From Welwitschia mirabilis (taxonomy: Eukaryota), in the NCBI GenBank assembly GCA_051453625.1, contig JBOZIK010000001.1:26052781-26089866 (forward strand): DNA of 37,086 nt, in the 5' to 3' direction. This document shows positions 20,581 to 34,189 of the stretch, in pieces (position 1 is the first letter of the stretch; each line of letters begins with the position of its first letter). A program made the translations under genes and the position numbers. The notes under the pieces are model-generated. The model was not told where the DNA came from. It saw nothing but the letters and a program-made list of their open reading frames with translations, and made no database searches.

Positions 20581-23500
20581 TACCATGCTCTTTCATGTTA
20601 TATCTTTAAAACATGGTAATTATGATGTCCTAATATAAGTGCATTGGGGAAAATATTCCCAGGAGGGACCTTTGACAATGTGATATGGTAGCTATGAGAA
20701 CTTCATTAGGGGGTCAGTTGGTCATGTTGTGTGGGTCCTTACTTCTCTAACAGTGGTTTCACTTCCCTCATCATACAAAAATAAATTTATTTTCTTTATT
20801 TTTTTCTAGTACTTCAACATGATCACTCTACTTTTAGATTCTAGTGCTTATTTTGATATGGTAGCTTGTAAGTTCTTGTTTTAAAAACAATTTTTTATAT
20901 TATCATTTATTGTTTGATAACATTAGAATACTCGACATCATTATAATCATTGCCTGTTAAANNNNNNNNNNNNNNNNNNNNNNNNNNNNNNNNNNNNNNN
21001 NNNNNNNNNNNNNNNNNNNNNNNNNNNNNNNNNNNNNNNNNNNNNNNNNNNNNNGTAATAAGGAAATATTCGTTATGTTCCTAGTTGTTCATTTTCATTT
21101 TTGTTTTTCTTTAGTTGTTTTATTGGATTTTGAAAGTCATTCTTCATAATTTTTCTAAACCATATCATGGATCTAATCATTTTCTAGTTTCTTTTTATTT
21201 ATTCATAATGTTTTCTAGAGAATTGGTATTTTGTTTTAACAAGTTTTCATGACCTGATAAGTTCTAGCTTTTCATGCATTTGGATACATCCGAGACATCT
21301 TTGAGCATTACTTCTTTCCATTTAGTTCATTTTCCTTTCTATTTCTATGTCCTTTTACATCATGCGGTCTCTTTTTAGGCTGTTTCTGTGCTTTTTCTCT
21401 GGTTGCTATCTTTATTTTGTTATTTCTCTATATTTTTTGATTTTCTAGCATTTTTTAGCTTCACCTTCCTCTTCAAATATCTATTTTGATGACTGTCGTC
21501 TAATGTCTGTCATTCCCATAATAGAGGGAATGACACTTCTCTTCTATCCATGGTTTAATTCAGGAATTCTTGCTTCTCTTATGAGGGTGGGGAGGGAGGA
21601 TCGGACACCTTTCTAGGTGTTAATGTATGCTTATCAGCATAAATTTTTCAATTTTTGAGCTTCCATGATCTAACTATATGATGGATTATTTGCATGCGTT
21701 TTTCATGTTATTTGAATAAATTTGTTTTAGAGAATTTATGAACTTTATTTTATAGGATCCAGCAGAACTCTCACATGCTTTTCCATAACCATGTTTTCAT
21801 ATCATCTAAATTGTGCTATATCTACTTTTGTCCTTTGCTTTTTTGATGATACTAATGAATTTGGAGACATCATGTTTTAGAAAATAGCACTATTTAAGCC
21901 TATCACGATAGTCCATTATCATTGTTTTTGTAATATGCATACATAGTTTCATTTTTCTATGAGCCATTAAAGTTACATTTTTATGATTTCTATATGTGTA
22001 TCACATTCATTTATTCTATAGTAACATGCTTAAGTAGGGGGCTTAGGAAAATTCTTTAGCACTTGTATCAATTATCAGTTGATGATATCATTTTCTTATA
22101 TGATTTTATGAACTCAATTTACATCCTTTCAACATTATTTTTTATATTNNNNNNNNNNNNNNNNNNNNNNNNNNNNNNNNNNNNNTGTCAGGGACTGACA
22201 AGGCTAAGTAGGGGACTATGTTGCAATGCCAATTTATAGGAAGTTGATGGTGTATTTTTAGTACTTTTATTGGACATTCATATAGGTTTTGATACAATAC
22301 TAATGACTATGGAGATCTGACAGGATGATCAGTAAAACATGTGATCCTTAGCATTTTTGGCATTATCTTAGGCCTATTCTAATACCTGCATATTTGGAAG
22401 GAGGAACTTATAATGCAAAAGAATGACTTGCCTTAGAGAGTGAAGAAAAGAAAGACCATCACTCCCTTTATCATCTCCATGACTAACAGGACGACGACAC
22501 TGCTGACATGGACAGAGGCTGCTGGGCTGACAGTAGTACATGAAATACATGGAGATATGTAGCATAGTAGTGTTGTTCCCTATGTCATCCCCATGTCATG
22601 CAGGATGATGACACTAGTAACATGGGCCGAAAAGCTGCTAAGCTGATAGCATCACATGGAGCACATGGAGGCAAGTGGTACATGGTGTCGCCCCATGGGG
22701 ATAACAACAGTTTTTACATGTTCGGAAGAAATATCATTATAAATGGGTTAAACAATCCATGTGAGTTATTATGGTTTTTTTTTCTGCCTTTAGGGTTTTA
22801 CTTCCAAATCCTCAAATAAAAAACTATAAACACCCTTTCCCTCCTTTATTTCTACTTCATCTTTTATACCTAATATGCTTTTAATGGAAGATTGAAGGAT
22901 AAGAGGTCCATCCAGTAACTACAGAAAGGGGTTTTCTTGGTGTTAGGATAAGTCTCTTCCATTGACGTGTTGTTATTCTGTTGTAAGTAGATGTAGAGTT
23001 CTTTGAGTTAACATAATTATTCTTTTTACTTTAATTCTGTGAATGTCCCTTATAGTTTAAGTTGGTTATAATTAAGTGATGGTTCTATGATTTATTTAAA
23101 TCATGAGGGTAACCTTTATTAAGGTTAACCTTGGTTAATTGAGGTTTACATTTCAATTCCATATTAAATATTGCATATTCTAGTTGATAGACCTCAGAAT
23201 TTATGTTGGTTAAGAACTAGTTGAATGCTCTTCTTAATTGATTTGAATTATAGAAAAGATAGTCTTTATGACAGAAAGACTATAAGCTAGTCCTTGTGAG
23301 AGGAGGATTAGAAATCAAGAGAATTCATTTCATTTCCACTTCCATTCACTTTCATTTTATTTTCATTCACTCGCATTGCATTTACTTATTTGCTTACTTT
23401 CAGTCAGTAAAAGATCAAAGACTAAAAATAATTTTGGAAATCAATTCTTTAACTCTAAACCTAATGACTTCATTGGGATTATGACATTCAAATAAACTTC

Positions 23501-23590
23501 CATCTATACTTGTATGTGTTTTTCTATAAGTTATTTGATTTACAATTTTACTTAAAGAACTTCACGATTGCATAAATTCACATAACAATA
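20581..23590 (+). mobile_element. Element C: 3' non-coding region, PPT and LTR of a close relative of element B
   Basis: Colinear with ~17078-20000. PPT ggctaagtaggggacta ends at 22218. Confidence 0.85.
22219..23590 (+). repeat. 3' LTR of element C
   Basis: Starts TGTTGCAATGCCAATTTATAGG and ends cataaattcacataacaaTA (CA>TA). Confidence 0.85.
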
Positions 23591-24284
23591 ATGAAGCTAC
23601 TTGTTTCTGCTTTTGTCTAGAATTCAACATTACAATAAAATTATTTTCTTCTAAAATTTATTTTGTAAAACGTTCTTTGAAAAAATCACATTTAAAACCG
23701 ACAAATGCAGAAAAGTCTTTTTGCTCAATTCTTGAAATATTTTGCGTACCTGGGGTGTGCTTACTTGGGTTTAGTTTATAGTCAATTAAATATTCTTAGA
23801 TGTTTTATTTTAATTAATATTCACTCTCTATAATATTTCATCTCTCTATCAAAGTTTATCATGTCCTAGCATATTCAGTTCTATTTCTATAAGAATCATC
23901 TGTGTGGTTATTTAGATGTTATACATGGATGATAAAAGACACAAAAAAAAGAAAATGAAAAACATAAAAAAAATAGAATCATGAAATAACACAAAATGAA
24001 AACTAACAATCATTATCTAATTCATGTAGATGATAGGGGGGATAATAAGAAAAATGCTAGTTTTTAAGAAATAAAAAACCCTAATTTTCATAGGCCGTTG
24101 TTATTGCATATCATTTGAATGACAAGGGGGATGTCAAGGTTTTATTTTCAAAATACAAAATAAAAATGTAAAAAGAAAAATATACATTCCTATTGTAATG
24201 ATATAATGCTACTATAGATAAATACTTGAACTAAATTCAAACTACTTATCTAAGTAATCATAATCCTCAAATTCCAAGAAGACT

Positions 24285-24302
24285 TTTCCATCAATGGCAC
24301 CA
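24285..24302 (-). promoter_or_regulatory. PBS, tRNA-Asp (Athila) type, degenerate
   Basis: Minus strand reads TGGTGCCATTGATGGAAA vs Athila-type TGGCGCCGTTGCCGGGGA, 3 nt after the LTR end. Confidence 0.7.
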
Positions 24303-24305
24303 AGA

Positions 24306-25561
24306 TGTGGTAGTACATATTTATGCAAACATTACATTATTAAACAATTTCTAGAAATTACCAAAATATATATATTATATAATATAACACACTAATATAG
24401 ATGGAAGTAATCCAAATGTCATAATTCCATTGTAGGCGTAGGTGAGAATAAACAGAATTAATTTCAAAAAGAAATACTTATGAAAGCTCTAAGTAGAACA
24501 ATAATAATGCAAAGTAACAATGCAAATAAATACATAATGTGAATAAGATGAAAGTTCTATTCTTAATGGAACCTCTATTTGATTACCAAATCAACCTATC
24601 ATAAAGATTATCCCTGGATAAATCAATGAAATCCATCACCAAATCAGGATCAACCTAATCTATTAGATGCATCAAACACGATATGAAAACAATACAAAGT
24701 TAATATAGGAAATGAAATGTAATGTACCTAAACTAATAATGCTAATTTTAATTAAGTTTACCTTCATAATCTGTATCATAAATAAAGTTGTTACAGAATA
24801 ATGAGCAACATAAATCATAAGGGAGATGCACATAACAAATGATATAAAAAGAAAAATAGAGTTTTCATTAAGTTAAATCAACATTTGTGTTACAAACTAG
24901 TAGCACCTCATTGAAGGATACATAGCCCAACAATGAAGAAGACACCTATCTACAATAATAAGAAATGGATCTCCTACCCTTCAATCTCCTATTATGAGAA
25001 TTTTTTATGCTAAAGAAGATAAAATTAGAATCAAGGATGATGGAGGTATTTATTACAATAGTAGACTCTAAAAACAACTAGTACCTACAAATATAGTAAA
25101 ACCCTAATAACTATGCAAAAAGGTGTAAAACATGTGGTGGAAGTTTAGTGAAGTTTGGTGAAGTGTTATTTTTAGGTATCATCCTGTAAGGCATCTAAAT
25201 GTCATAGGAGACAATGCTACATCATGCAATATCCACACCAACTACCAAATTAGTCTAGTAAGTGTCCCAATTAGCATAAGTACTTTTATTGCCTATTTAA
25301 TCATCTAGACAATAAGGTGGTTGATGGGCATTATAAAGGTATTTCTTGTATCAAATTGGCCTCTTTAATTATAGGGTTACTGCTTTAACTATGAAGTATT
25401 ATATTTTGCCTAAATTACTATCAAATGTAATGAAGATTACATGTTTTTATGATATTTTCCTTAGTTCTATATTATTAACAAAACTCAGAATAAACCTATC
25501 TAATTTTCTACAAAGCTATTCAAAATACCCTATCAAATACATATAATTTGGTAGTGCAATA
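24306..25561 (-). repeat. 5' LTR of element E
   Basis: Reverse-complement homology to the LTRs at 29610-30846 and 18673-20000 (e.g. atggatctcctacccttcaatctcct, agcacctcattgaaggatacatagccc). Confidence 0.8.
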
Positions 25562-26230
25562 GAGTTCTAATAGAATAATATAATATTTTATATAAGATAA
25601 AATGAAAAATGTATGGGTACCTAAATCAAAACTAGTAATTTTATCACAAATTGCACTATGAGTAGTGAATAAGCATGTTTGATGTATTGACAATGGATGC
25701 TCAAAATACAAACAAAAAAAAAAATTATAGCTTTATAACATTAATGGAATAAGATAAAATAGTGGTAATATTTAGTCAAATAATCAAAATTATTGATCAA
25801 AGGTATTAGTACTATTAGAGGAGATAATCTACTAGAGATAAAAGATGTATTTTTTATAAAAGGTTTACAACATAGTCTTTTAAGTGTAAGTCAATTGTGT
25901 GATGCAAATTTTTCTATTACCTTTACAAAAAATGATTGTGTCATTAGAAAATAAAATTCAACAAAAGTTTTATTTACTAGTATAAGAAAGTTAAATATTT
26001 ATATTACTACTTTATAAGATTTATCTAACAATGGAATCAAGTGTTTCTTAAGCAAAATATATGAAGTAGTGATAGGGCATAAGACGCTTGGACATGTGAA
26101 CAAATATATACTTAAAATATTATGTATAAAAGAAATGATAAGAGAACTTATCAAGTAAAAAAACATTGATAATCAAATCTATAAAAGATGCAAAAGGGAA
26201 AGTAGATAAGAAAAGTCTTAGAAGAAAAGG
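25562..26230 (+). pseudogene. Second copia remnant: protease and GAG-pre-integrase region
   Basis: MKNVWVPK, V*CIDNGCSKY (WYLDSGCS-like), KGLQHSLLSVSQLCDANFSITF and GHKTLGHVN (WHRRLGH-like). Confidence 0.8.
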
Positions 26231-27077
26231 ATTTAATACAACATAAAGACCATAACAAAGACATTATGATACAATATATTCATACCATCAGTTAACTCAA
26301 TGATGTATTAATAAAATCATCAAGTAATAAAAGGTTTGAGAAATTGTGTAAAAACTTCAGGATTAGACCTTACCCAATTAGTTTTCAACTCTACCTTGTA
26401 TTTATCTATTAGTTAAGATTATAGTTATATGTATTAAAAGTTAAATCTTTTGCATCGTATTTTACTTTTTTTAAGTAATACTATTATGATAATGTTAGCG
26501 GTAGAATTTTTTAAAAGTTTTAAGAATTTTCATAGAGATTTCTTTGGATTTTTAGACATCTTAAGAGTAGACATATTAAGTTTGTTAGATTTTTTTAAAG
26601 GTCAAGTATGCTTTTTAGAATTTTCAAAATAGATGTTTTTAAATTAGTAGACATATTAATAGTAGGACAATGTATTCACAATAGATATCTTTAATAGTAT
26701 AGATGTCTACTTTTCTTGTTTTAAACATCTTTCAAAAGGTAGACCTCTTTCTTATATTATTGCAAAGATAAAAAATGCATCGAAAACTAAGGTTTTAGTC
26801 CTTTTCATTTGGAAATGGGCCATCAAATCTTATTTTAAAGTCTCCACTAAATAAGTATCCCTCTTAGAGCATATTCTAAAGTTGCTATTCTTAGATTTCT
26901 ATAGTAAGACATCTTCATTTTACTAGACATATTCATAGTAAAGAAGAATAGATGTTATTTTTCCTTTAGGTACTCTTTTTTATTTTTANNNNNTTTTTTG
27001 CATTCCAATTATTTTTTATTTATATTTCCAAATATTTTCTCAAACATTATTAGAAAAAAGTCTAATACTATTTTAAA

Positions 27078-29609
27078 ATGCAAAGAACAAGCATCAAAAC
27101 CTTAGAAATCTCAGTATGAGCCTTAGTTATATCATGAAGTAATTACAAGAAGATAAAGAACTTGGACAAGGAACATTATAATTCCAAAAATAATACTTGT
27201 ATTTCTAAGACAATGTAAAGATTAACTTGTGGCTTACTTCTCTCATGTTAAATAGGAAATAATTGTTGAATTAGATCAAAGTATACTAGATCCAATGATG
27301 AGAAAATTCTATGTCAATGTCAATAACATAGATGACAACATAGAGCCTTCCAAAACTCAAGTTAGAAGTACTTCTTTGCATATTAGTCCTAGTTTTGTAA
27401 GCTCATTACTTAGCATAAATACTTCTAAACTATCTTAGTTATATGTACATTTTTTAAAGAGATTTTTACTTCAAGAGCTATTAGAGTGTCACAAAGAACT
27501 ATGAGAAATATTTTATTTGGACACCCTAGAATGAATTTTGTTAAAAATATAGAGCAAAACGATATGATTCTAGATTCTTCATTATTAGTTTAATTACATT
27601 CTATAATATTATAATTATAGATGGTAATTATAGTTATTATAAACCAATGTAAACTTTGTGGTTTTTTTGTTTAGTATTGGAATTTATATTATGCATAGAC
27701 ATCATTATGTTATTTCAAAAGGAATAAACTTTAAGACACCCTTGTTTTATTAGTTTAATTATTAGTAGGCTAGAATAATAGTTCCTTAGGTAAATCTTAA
27801 TCACCTAAAGAAACCTCTAGCTGATTTCAATGAAAAAAANNNNNNNNNNNNNNNNNNNNNNNNNNNNNNNNNNNNNNNNNNNNNNNNNNNNNNNNNNNNN
27901 NNNNNNNNNNNNNNNNNNNNNNNNNNNNNNNNNNNNNNNNNNNNNNNNNNNNNNNNNNNNNNNNNNNNNNNNNNNNNNNNNNNNNNNNNNNNNNNNNNNN
28001 NNNNNNNNNNNNNNNNNNNNNNNNNNNNNNNNNNNNNNNNNNNNNNNNNNNNNNNNNNNNNNNNNNNNNNNNNNNNNNNNNNNNNNNNNNNNNNNNNNNN
28101 NNNNNNNNNNNNNNNNNNNNNNNNNNNNNNNNNNNNNNNNNNNNNNNNNNNNNNNNNNNNNNNNNNNNNNNNNNNNNNNNNNNNNNNNNNNNNNNNNNNN
28201 NNNNNNNNNNNNNNNNNNNNNNNNNNNNNNNNNNNNNNNNNNNNNNNNNNNNNNNNNNNNNNNNNNNNNNNNNNNNNNNNNNNNNNNNNNNNNNNNNNNN
28301 NNNNNNNNNNNNNNNNNNNNNNNNNNNNNNNNNNNNNNNNNNNNNNNNNNNNNNNNNNNNNNNNNNNNNNNNNNNNNNNNNNNNNNNNNNNNNNNNNNNN
28401 NNNNNNNNNNNNNNNNNNNNNNNNNNNNNNNNNNNNNNNNNNNNNNNNNNNNNNNNNNNNNNNNNNGAAACCTCTAGCTTATTTCAATGAAAAAAAAAGT
28501 GAGGACTAGTGCCACTAGGTAAGGGGATAGGAATGAGGCCATTACATTTTTAGAGATCTTACTCCACTGCTACACACAGTTCATCATCCATTAATAAGGG
28601 GTTAAAATTACCAGTAAAAATGATTAGAAAAATTAGCAAAAATTTGTTAAGGTTAAAAAAACAAAAGTCCATAGCAAGTAAAGTGAAGCACTAGTAGATT
28701 TTTGGGAATCCATAAGAACTTTGATATAAATAAACTCTGAAGATGAATCAGAAGAATTAGTACCTCCAGCTACACAAGCAATAGGTTATGACTTGGNNNN
28801 NNNNNNNNNNNNNNNNNNNNNNNNNNNNNNNNNNNNNNNNNNNNNNNNNNNNNNNNNNNNNNNNNNNNNNNNNNNNNNNNNNNNNNNNNNNNNNNNTCTC
28901 TTTATTTCATAAGTAACAAACTTTAGGCCATCCATGTCTTATTAGCCTGATCATCAGCAGTGTAGATATCTCAATGCCACAGTTTAACTTTGTCCATTAA
29001 AAGAAATAATTGGTAGAATTTAGTGATAAATGGAGAGCACCTATGACATCAGATAAGGGCACAAGTAGGAGAACATCACAAATGCAAAGATCATACTTAA
29101 TTACTACTTACAATTCTTACTTAATAAAAAAAGGACTAAAAGTAATTACAAAAATGGTTAGAAAACTTGGAAGAAATATTTTAAGGCTAAACAAACATAG
29201 ATTAATAGCATGTAAAGGAGAGGCAACAGTAGAGAGTTGATAATCCATGAGGACTCCTATGTGGACAGAGTCAAAGGAGAAGTTACAGGTAGAAAAACAA
29301 GCAAGACCATCAACTTCATTTAGCATAAGATATGACTTAGATACCATAGCAGAGAGTGAGTCTTCAGATGAGTCTTATGGATATGAGTCATAAGTTTAGG
29401 AGGAGTACTAGAATTTCATAGAGGCACACAAACATGGGCTGTAATAGGCTCTAGGTCCTTCACAGAGGTAGTAGTAGATAGAGTCCGAGAGCTTAGATGT
29501 TCAACCTCTTATCCTTCATCAACGACATCTTAAGATATCAGTTTATCATCCTACTTATCCACCATTACCACCTAAACCCTCATCATCATCACACATACCA
29601 TTTCTACCT
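27078..29609 (+). pseudogene. Highly decayed env-like / extra ORF region, probably of the second copia element (two gaps inside)
   Basis: LDPMMRKFYVNVNNIDD...KTQVRSTSLHISPSFVSSLLSI at ~27285 (LVRxFYxN-type motif). The later pieces are low-complexity S/E/P-rich and continuity across the gaps is assumed. Confidence 0.45.
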
Positions 29610-30846
29610 TGATGCACTACCAAATTGTATGTATTTAATGGGTTGTTATGAGCTATTTCGTAAGACATTTATACAATCTTAGATGCAATTCTAAGGATTG
29701 TAAAGAGTTAATGGATAATCACTAAAATATGTAATTATTAGCATATTTAAAGGCATTTTAGAAACTTTATGATGCTTAGTACTTTGGAGGAAGATCAATA
29801 ATGCTACAGTTAAATTATCTTAAGTTGGAAAAATAAGGAGGACTATCATTCCCACTGTTTCCCCATGACAAGTAGGAAGATAGACCTACACATGTTAAAT
29901 CGGATGCTAATGTGGACTGGAGCTAGAACTAATGAAGACCTTTTTTAAGGGTGTCATTCCTCATGTCGTCTACATGACATAAAGGATGATAAATCATAAT
30001 GCATGTACTATCATCCACTTGATCATCTCCATGAAAGTCAAGATGGCACCTAAAATGGCCAACTGACTTTCATCCATTTCATCTAGTTCTTTCCTGTATT
30101 GAAGCATGGTTTGTAGTGCATTTTGAGTAATGGTTTAATCTCTTGTGTTGTATAAATAAATCCTTTTCTAACCTTCCTATCCATTTTTAGTGCATCAAAC
30201 ATTCTCATTATAGGGGATTAAAGAAAGGAAGATCTATCTTATAAGTTACAAAAAGATGTTTCCTTGGTAAAGGGCTATGTATCCTTCATTGAGGCTTAGC
30301 TATTTTATAACCTAAATGCTAGTTGTATTTTTAATATAAAACTCTATTTCTCTATTATACATTTATACTATTAATTTTTCTTATGATTTATGTTGTTACT
30401 TATTTGATAACATTCTCATTAATGATATAAGTCTTAAGGGCAACCTTTGTTAAGGTTAACATTAGTAGTTTAGGAATCATTTTACATTGCACTTTATTTG
30501 ACTTACTTGATAGCCTAAGTTGGTCTTGATTAACGATGGTCTTATTGGCTAATTTAGGTTATATAAGGCTAATATTCTTGACAAGTTAATTTGATAATAG
30601 AATATATGTTCATCTAGGTTAGATTTCATTTTTATTGCCTTGAATCTTTATTTTCTTGTATAGTTCTTAAATTTTAGATATGATTATCTTCTAAAAATTA
30701 ATTCTCATTCTTCTCTCACATGTCTTCAATGGGTTTAGCAAATTTGGATCACTCCCATTTATAAAGAGTGTCATTTTTTATAATATATATTTTGATTAAT
30801 AGGATTGAGTAACATGTAAATGATTGTAAAAATACACACTATAACA
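29610..30846 (+). repeat. 5' LTR of element D
   Basis: TGATGCACTACCAAATT...aatacacactataaCA, followed by the PBS. Confidence 0.88.
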
Positions 30847-30849
30847 TCT

Positions 30850-30867
30850 TGACACCATTGTCGAGGA
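30850..30867 (+). promoter_or_regulatory. PBS, tRNA-Asp (Athila) type, degenerate
   Basis: TGACACCATTGTCGAGGA vs TGGCGCCGTTGCCGGGGA: five differences, all transitions. Confidence 0.8.
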
Positions 30868-31899
30868 AGGCTACTAAGGAGCACAAGCATTATTATCACT
30901 TAGATGAGTAAATCAGATTTCAGTTCAAATATTTATCTATAGTAATGTTCTTTTTTTATTTAGAAATTTTAGATTTTCAGTTTGCAATTTTTAGTTTTTT
31001 GCAGTCTATAATAATAGTCTATAAATTTTTTTCTATAGCTTTAGTAGTAGAAAAATAATTGTCATCTCCACTATCGTCCCCCCAACAATGTTGACAAGAG
31101 CTTTCTTTTCTTTACTTTTTGCTAATTTTTTGTTTTTTTATTTTTATAATTTTTTTTTTTTTTTTTTTTGTCTTATATGTTATCCCCATGACCAGATGGA
31201 TGACTGTTAGTTATTTTTATTTTATTTTCTATTGTTTTTTTAAGGTTGTGATGATATAATTAATTTGGAAAAGAAAAGCTACTAATAGAAGAAAACATCA
31301 AGAAAAGAATTGGTTAACTTTGAAATAAAATCACTTACATAATCTCTAAGTACGTATAATATTCCTTATGAGTTGATTTTTTTCCTAAATCTAATTCCAT
31401 TGAGAAAAAAATTTTTAGAAGATAATTTAGAAGATGATAGCTATTATACATTTGTTTTTTCTTTTTTTTTATGTTAAGAATCCAAAGAATTTTGATGAAA
31501 CATTAAAAAAAGAGTAGAACTTGATCTTCACTATGTAGTTATCTTCATCTTGAATTAGATTCTTCTATTCCATTCTTCTTAACTTTAATTGCTTCAATGA
31601 ATCATGATAAAAGGTCATAGTGGAAATTCTTACTAAAAGGAGGAGATACTTGAAAAATTATAAGGATAATGGTAAGAAAACATTTTGATAAATTTTTGTA
31701 GAAAGAGGAAAAATAATACAAAATGATGTTGAGAAAAGGAAATGGGCTCCTCTTTTTAATGTTTTTATTCTTCTCCCTCTTCTTTTCAAACTTCATATAG
31801 AAATGACAATGAAAATTTTCCACATTTTAAGTATTTCAACTCATTTAGACAAACTTCCTACAATCATTTTTATCAATCCCAATCTTCTTCCATGTATTA

Positions 31900-33530
31900 C
31901 TATGAAGAAGAACCATCTCCCATGAATTAATATAAGGAATAAAATGATGTATTAAAAGAAATTATTAAAAAATTAAGAAAAACCAAGAAAACATCAACAA
32001 AAACCTACAAAATTTAGTTGAAATCTTGCAACAAACACTCTTACAAATTCAAGGTTCTTTTACAACACAACATTCTCAAAGCTATCCTACTTTATTCTAC
32101 CTTGAGGAAAATGAGAAGAACTTAAAAACAAATGATAATAATTCTTACTTTTAAATAGAAGATGAAATTTTGGATCAAATTTTAATAACCTACTCATTAG
32201 GAGGTAAGCAAAGAGTAGATAATAATAACTCAACTTAATCTTTTAACAATAAGGATGAGGATGACCCTTCATTAGATGATGATATTGAGGAATTAGATTA
32301 TATCCTTAGCATTCATTTACTACTAGATAATCTAGATGAAGAATCCACTAATGAGAAATCTAAAAATTCTTTAATCCATAATAGACATAATGATTACATT
32401 TCTACATATAATGAATCTAATAAATTGAAAAATAATAACATTCAATAAGATGATGAGAATGATGAAGTAGAATATGATGATGATATTGATATATTGAATC
32501 ATATCTGTGGTTTTTACTTACTTTTTAATGAGGATGAAGGAGTTCAATATTTGAAAAAGATCCAACATATGAGATTAAGGAAGAATTTAAGTAATGAAAC
32601 AAAATTAGTAAAGAATTCACATTATAAAGGGAGTTTTCCAATCCCATCATCTGAATGATAGTTTGAGATAATAGTCAGTCATGAGGATTATAGTTTAGGA
32701 TTAACATAATTATTCAATAAAGAGGAAGAAGATTCAACTCAAGAAATATCAGAAAATCTTCCATCACATAATGAAGACAATAAGAACTTTCCTTTCTATA
32801 ATCTTTTTAATGGTCTTTTTGAGAAATCTAACAACCTAGAGAATGACAGCCATACTCTACAAGATAAGAGAGATATAGTCACAAATAATGATGAGAAAAG
32901 TAAAGAAGTAACACAATAAAATAATAATAAAGTTAATAATGAAGAATATGATCATAATTAAGGACCTATATAGATTCATTCAAACTTCATAGAAGATAGA
33001 CTTATTCATTCTACCCATAATTCTACATTCTTTCCACCTATGACTTCATGTATAGCTTCAAATCATATCATTCATTTCACCTTTACTTCCACTTCAACAT
33101 TATCTTATGATCTTAATAATGATAACATTTCTCCATCTCTTCCATTTGAATCTTCATGTAATTCTCAAACTCACCTTCATTTCCTTGACTTTCATGAAAC
33201 TCATTTTAAATAGTCTATTCCAACTATCTCTTAATCTCTTCCTTTTAAATTCATGTGATACTGAAATTAACACCCTTTCCTTTTCTACCAAATCCACTTT
33301 ACCTTGTGTTCTTAATGATTATTCATTTCAAAAATTTGACTTCAAATATTTTGGAATTTTAAATTTGGATAAACCTTATCTTCTTGAGCCAAATGCATTC
33401 TTAGAATTAAATGTTAAAGAGCTTATTATGTATGTTAAACCTATCTTAATCACTACTCCTAAGAAGTTTCTTACAAAGTCTTGGATTTCAAATAATACCC
33501 CTAATGTCTTCTATGTTCAATATTAATCTT
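31900..33530 (+). pseudogene. Decayed acidic, low-complexity ORF remnant in element D, function unknown
   Basis: Long purine-rich codon-like stretches (DEDDPSLDDDIEELDYILSIHLLLD; DDENDEVEYDDDIDILNHICGFYLLF) interrupted by stops. Confidence 0.4.
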
Positions 33531-34189
33531 TGAATGAAATATATGTTTCAACCCCTTTATATCATAAGTTTGATAAGAGATTGTTTATCCGTGAGTTATA
33601 TATTTTTTATGTCTTTTATTACTACTAAATTTTATAAAGATAAAATGTCATGTGATCATTCTAATTAGAAAAGACTTATTTTATTATTGAAAATTCATAT
33701 CTTAATTTGAATGATAGAAAGCTTCTTAATTTTATTAGACATTCTAAAAAGCCCTTAAAATCTTTTTGAATCCATTCTTTAACTTATGCATTGCATGCAT
33801 TTTATAATGATACTCATGATTTACATTGTTTCAATAAGATATTATTTGTCAATGACATTTATCACTTCTTTACCTCTTATTTGAACTTTGAAATTTGTGT
33901 TATTAAAGGTTTATAATTTTATTCTCTCTTCCTCTAATTGATTTTACTCAAAAATGATTGTATACCTTTTATGTTTTATCAATTGGTGAATATTTGATTT
34001 GGTTGTTATTTTTCTAAAATAATGCAATATCTTAATACCATAGACTTAGAAACAAATCTTTCTTTTTCTTTATTTTCAATAAAAGTGTTGAATAGGTTTT
34101 AGGATTTAAATAAAATTTGTTTTTAGTTTTGGTTTTTTTTTCTTGCTCTTATGTTTTTATGATTTTAACTTTTATTTTTATTTCAAGAA

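Larger units (their letters stand above)
23591..25561 (-). mobile_element. Element E: minus-strand Athila-like 5' LTR, PBS and leader
   Basis: The reverse complement of the leader resembles D 30847-31230. LTR 24306-25561 starts TATTGCACTACCAAATT on the minus strand. Assignment of 23591-23870 is weaker. Confidence 0.75.

Noticed and set aside
27810..28500. Repeat gaaacctctagct(g/t)atttcaatgaaaaaa flanking a long gap, and the 215-aa ORF across it
   Set aside because: The ORF is made of Ns. The repeat may be a contig overlap or a collapsed repeat and cannot be judged from this sequence.
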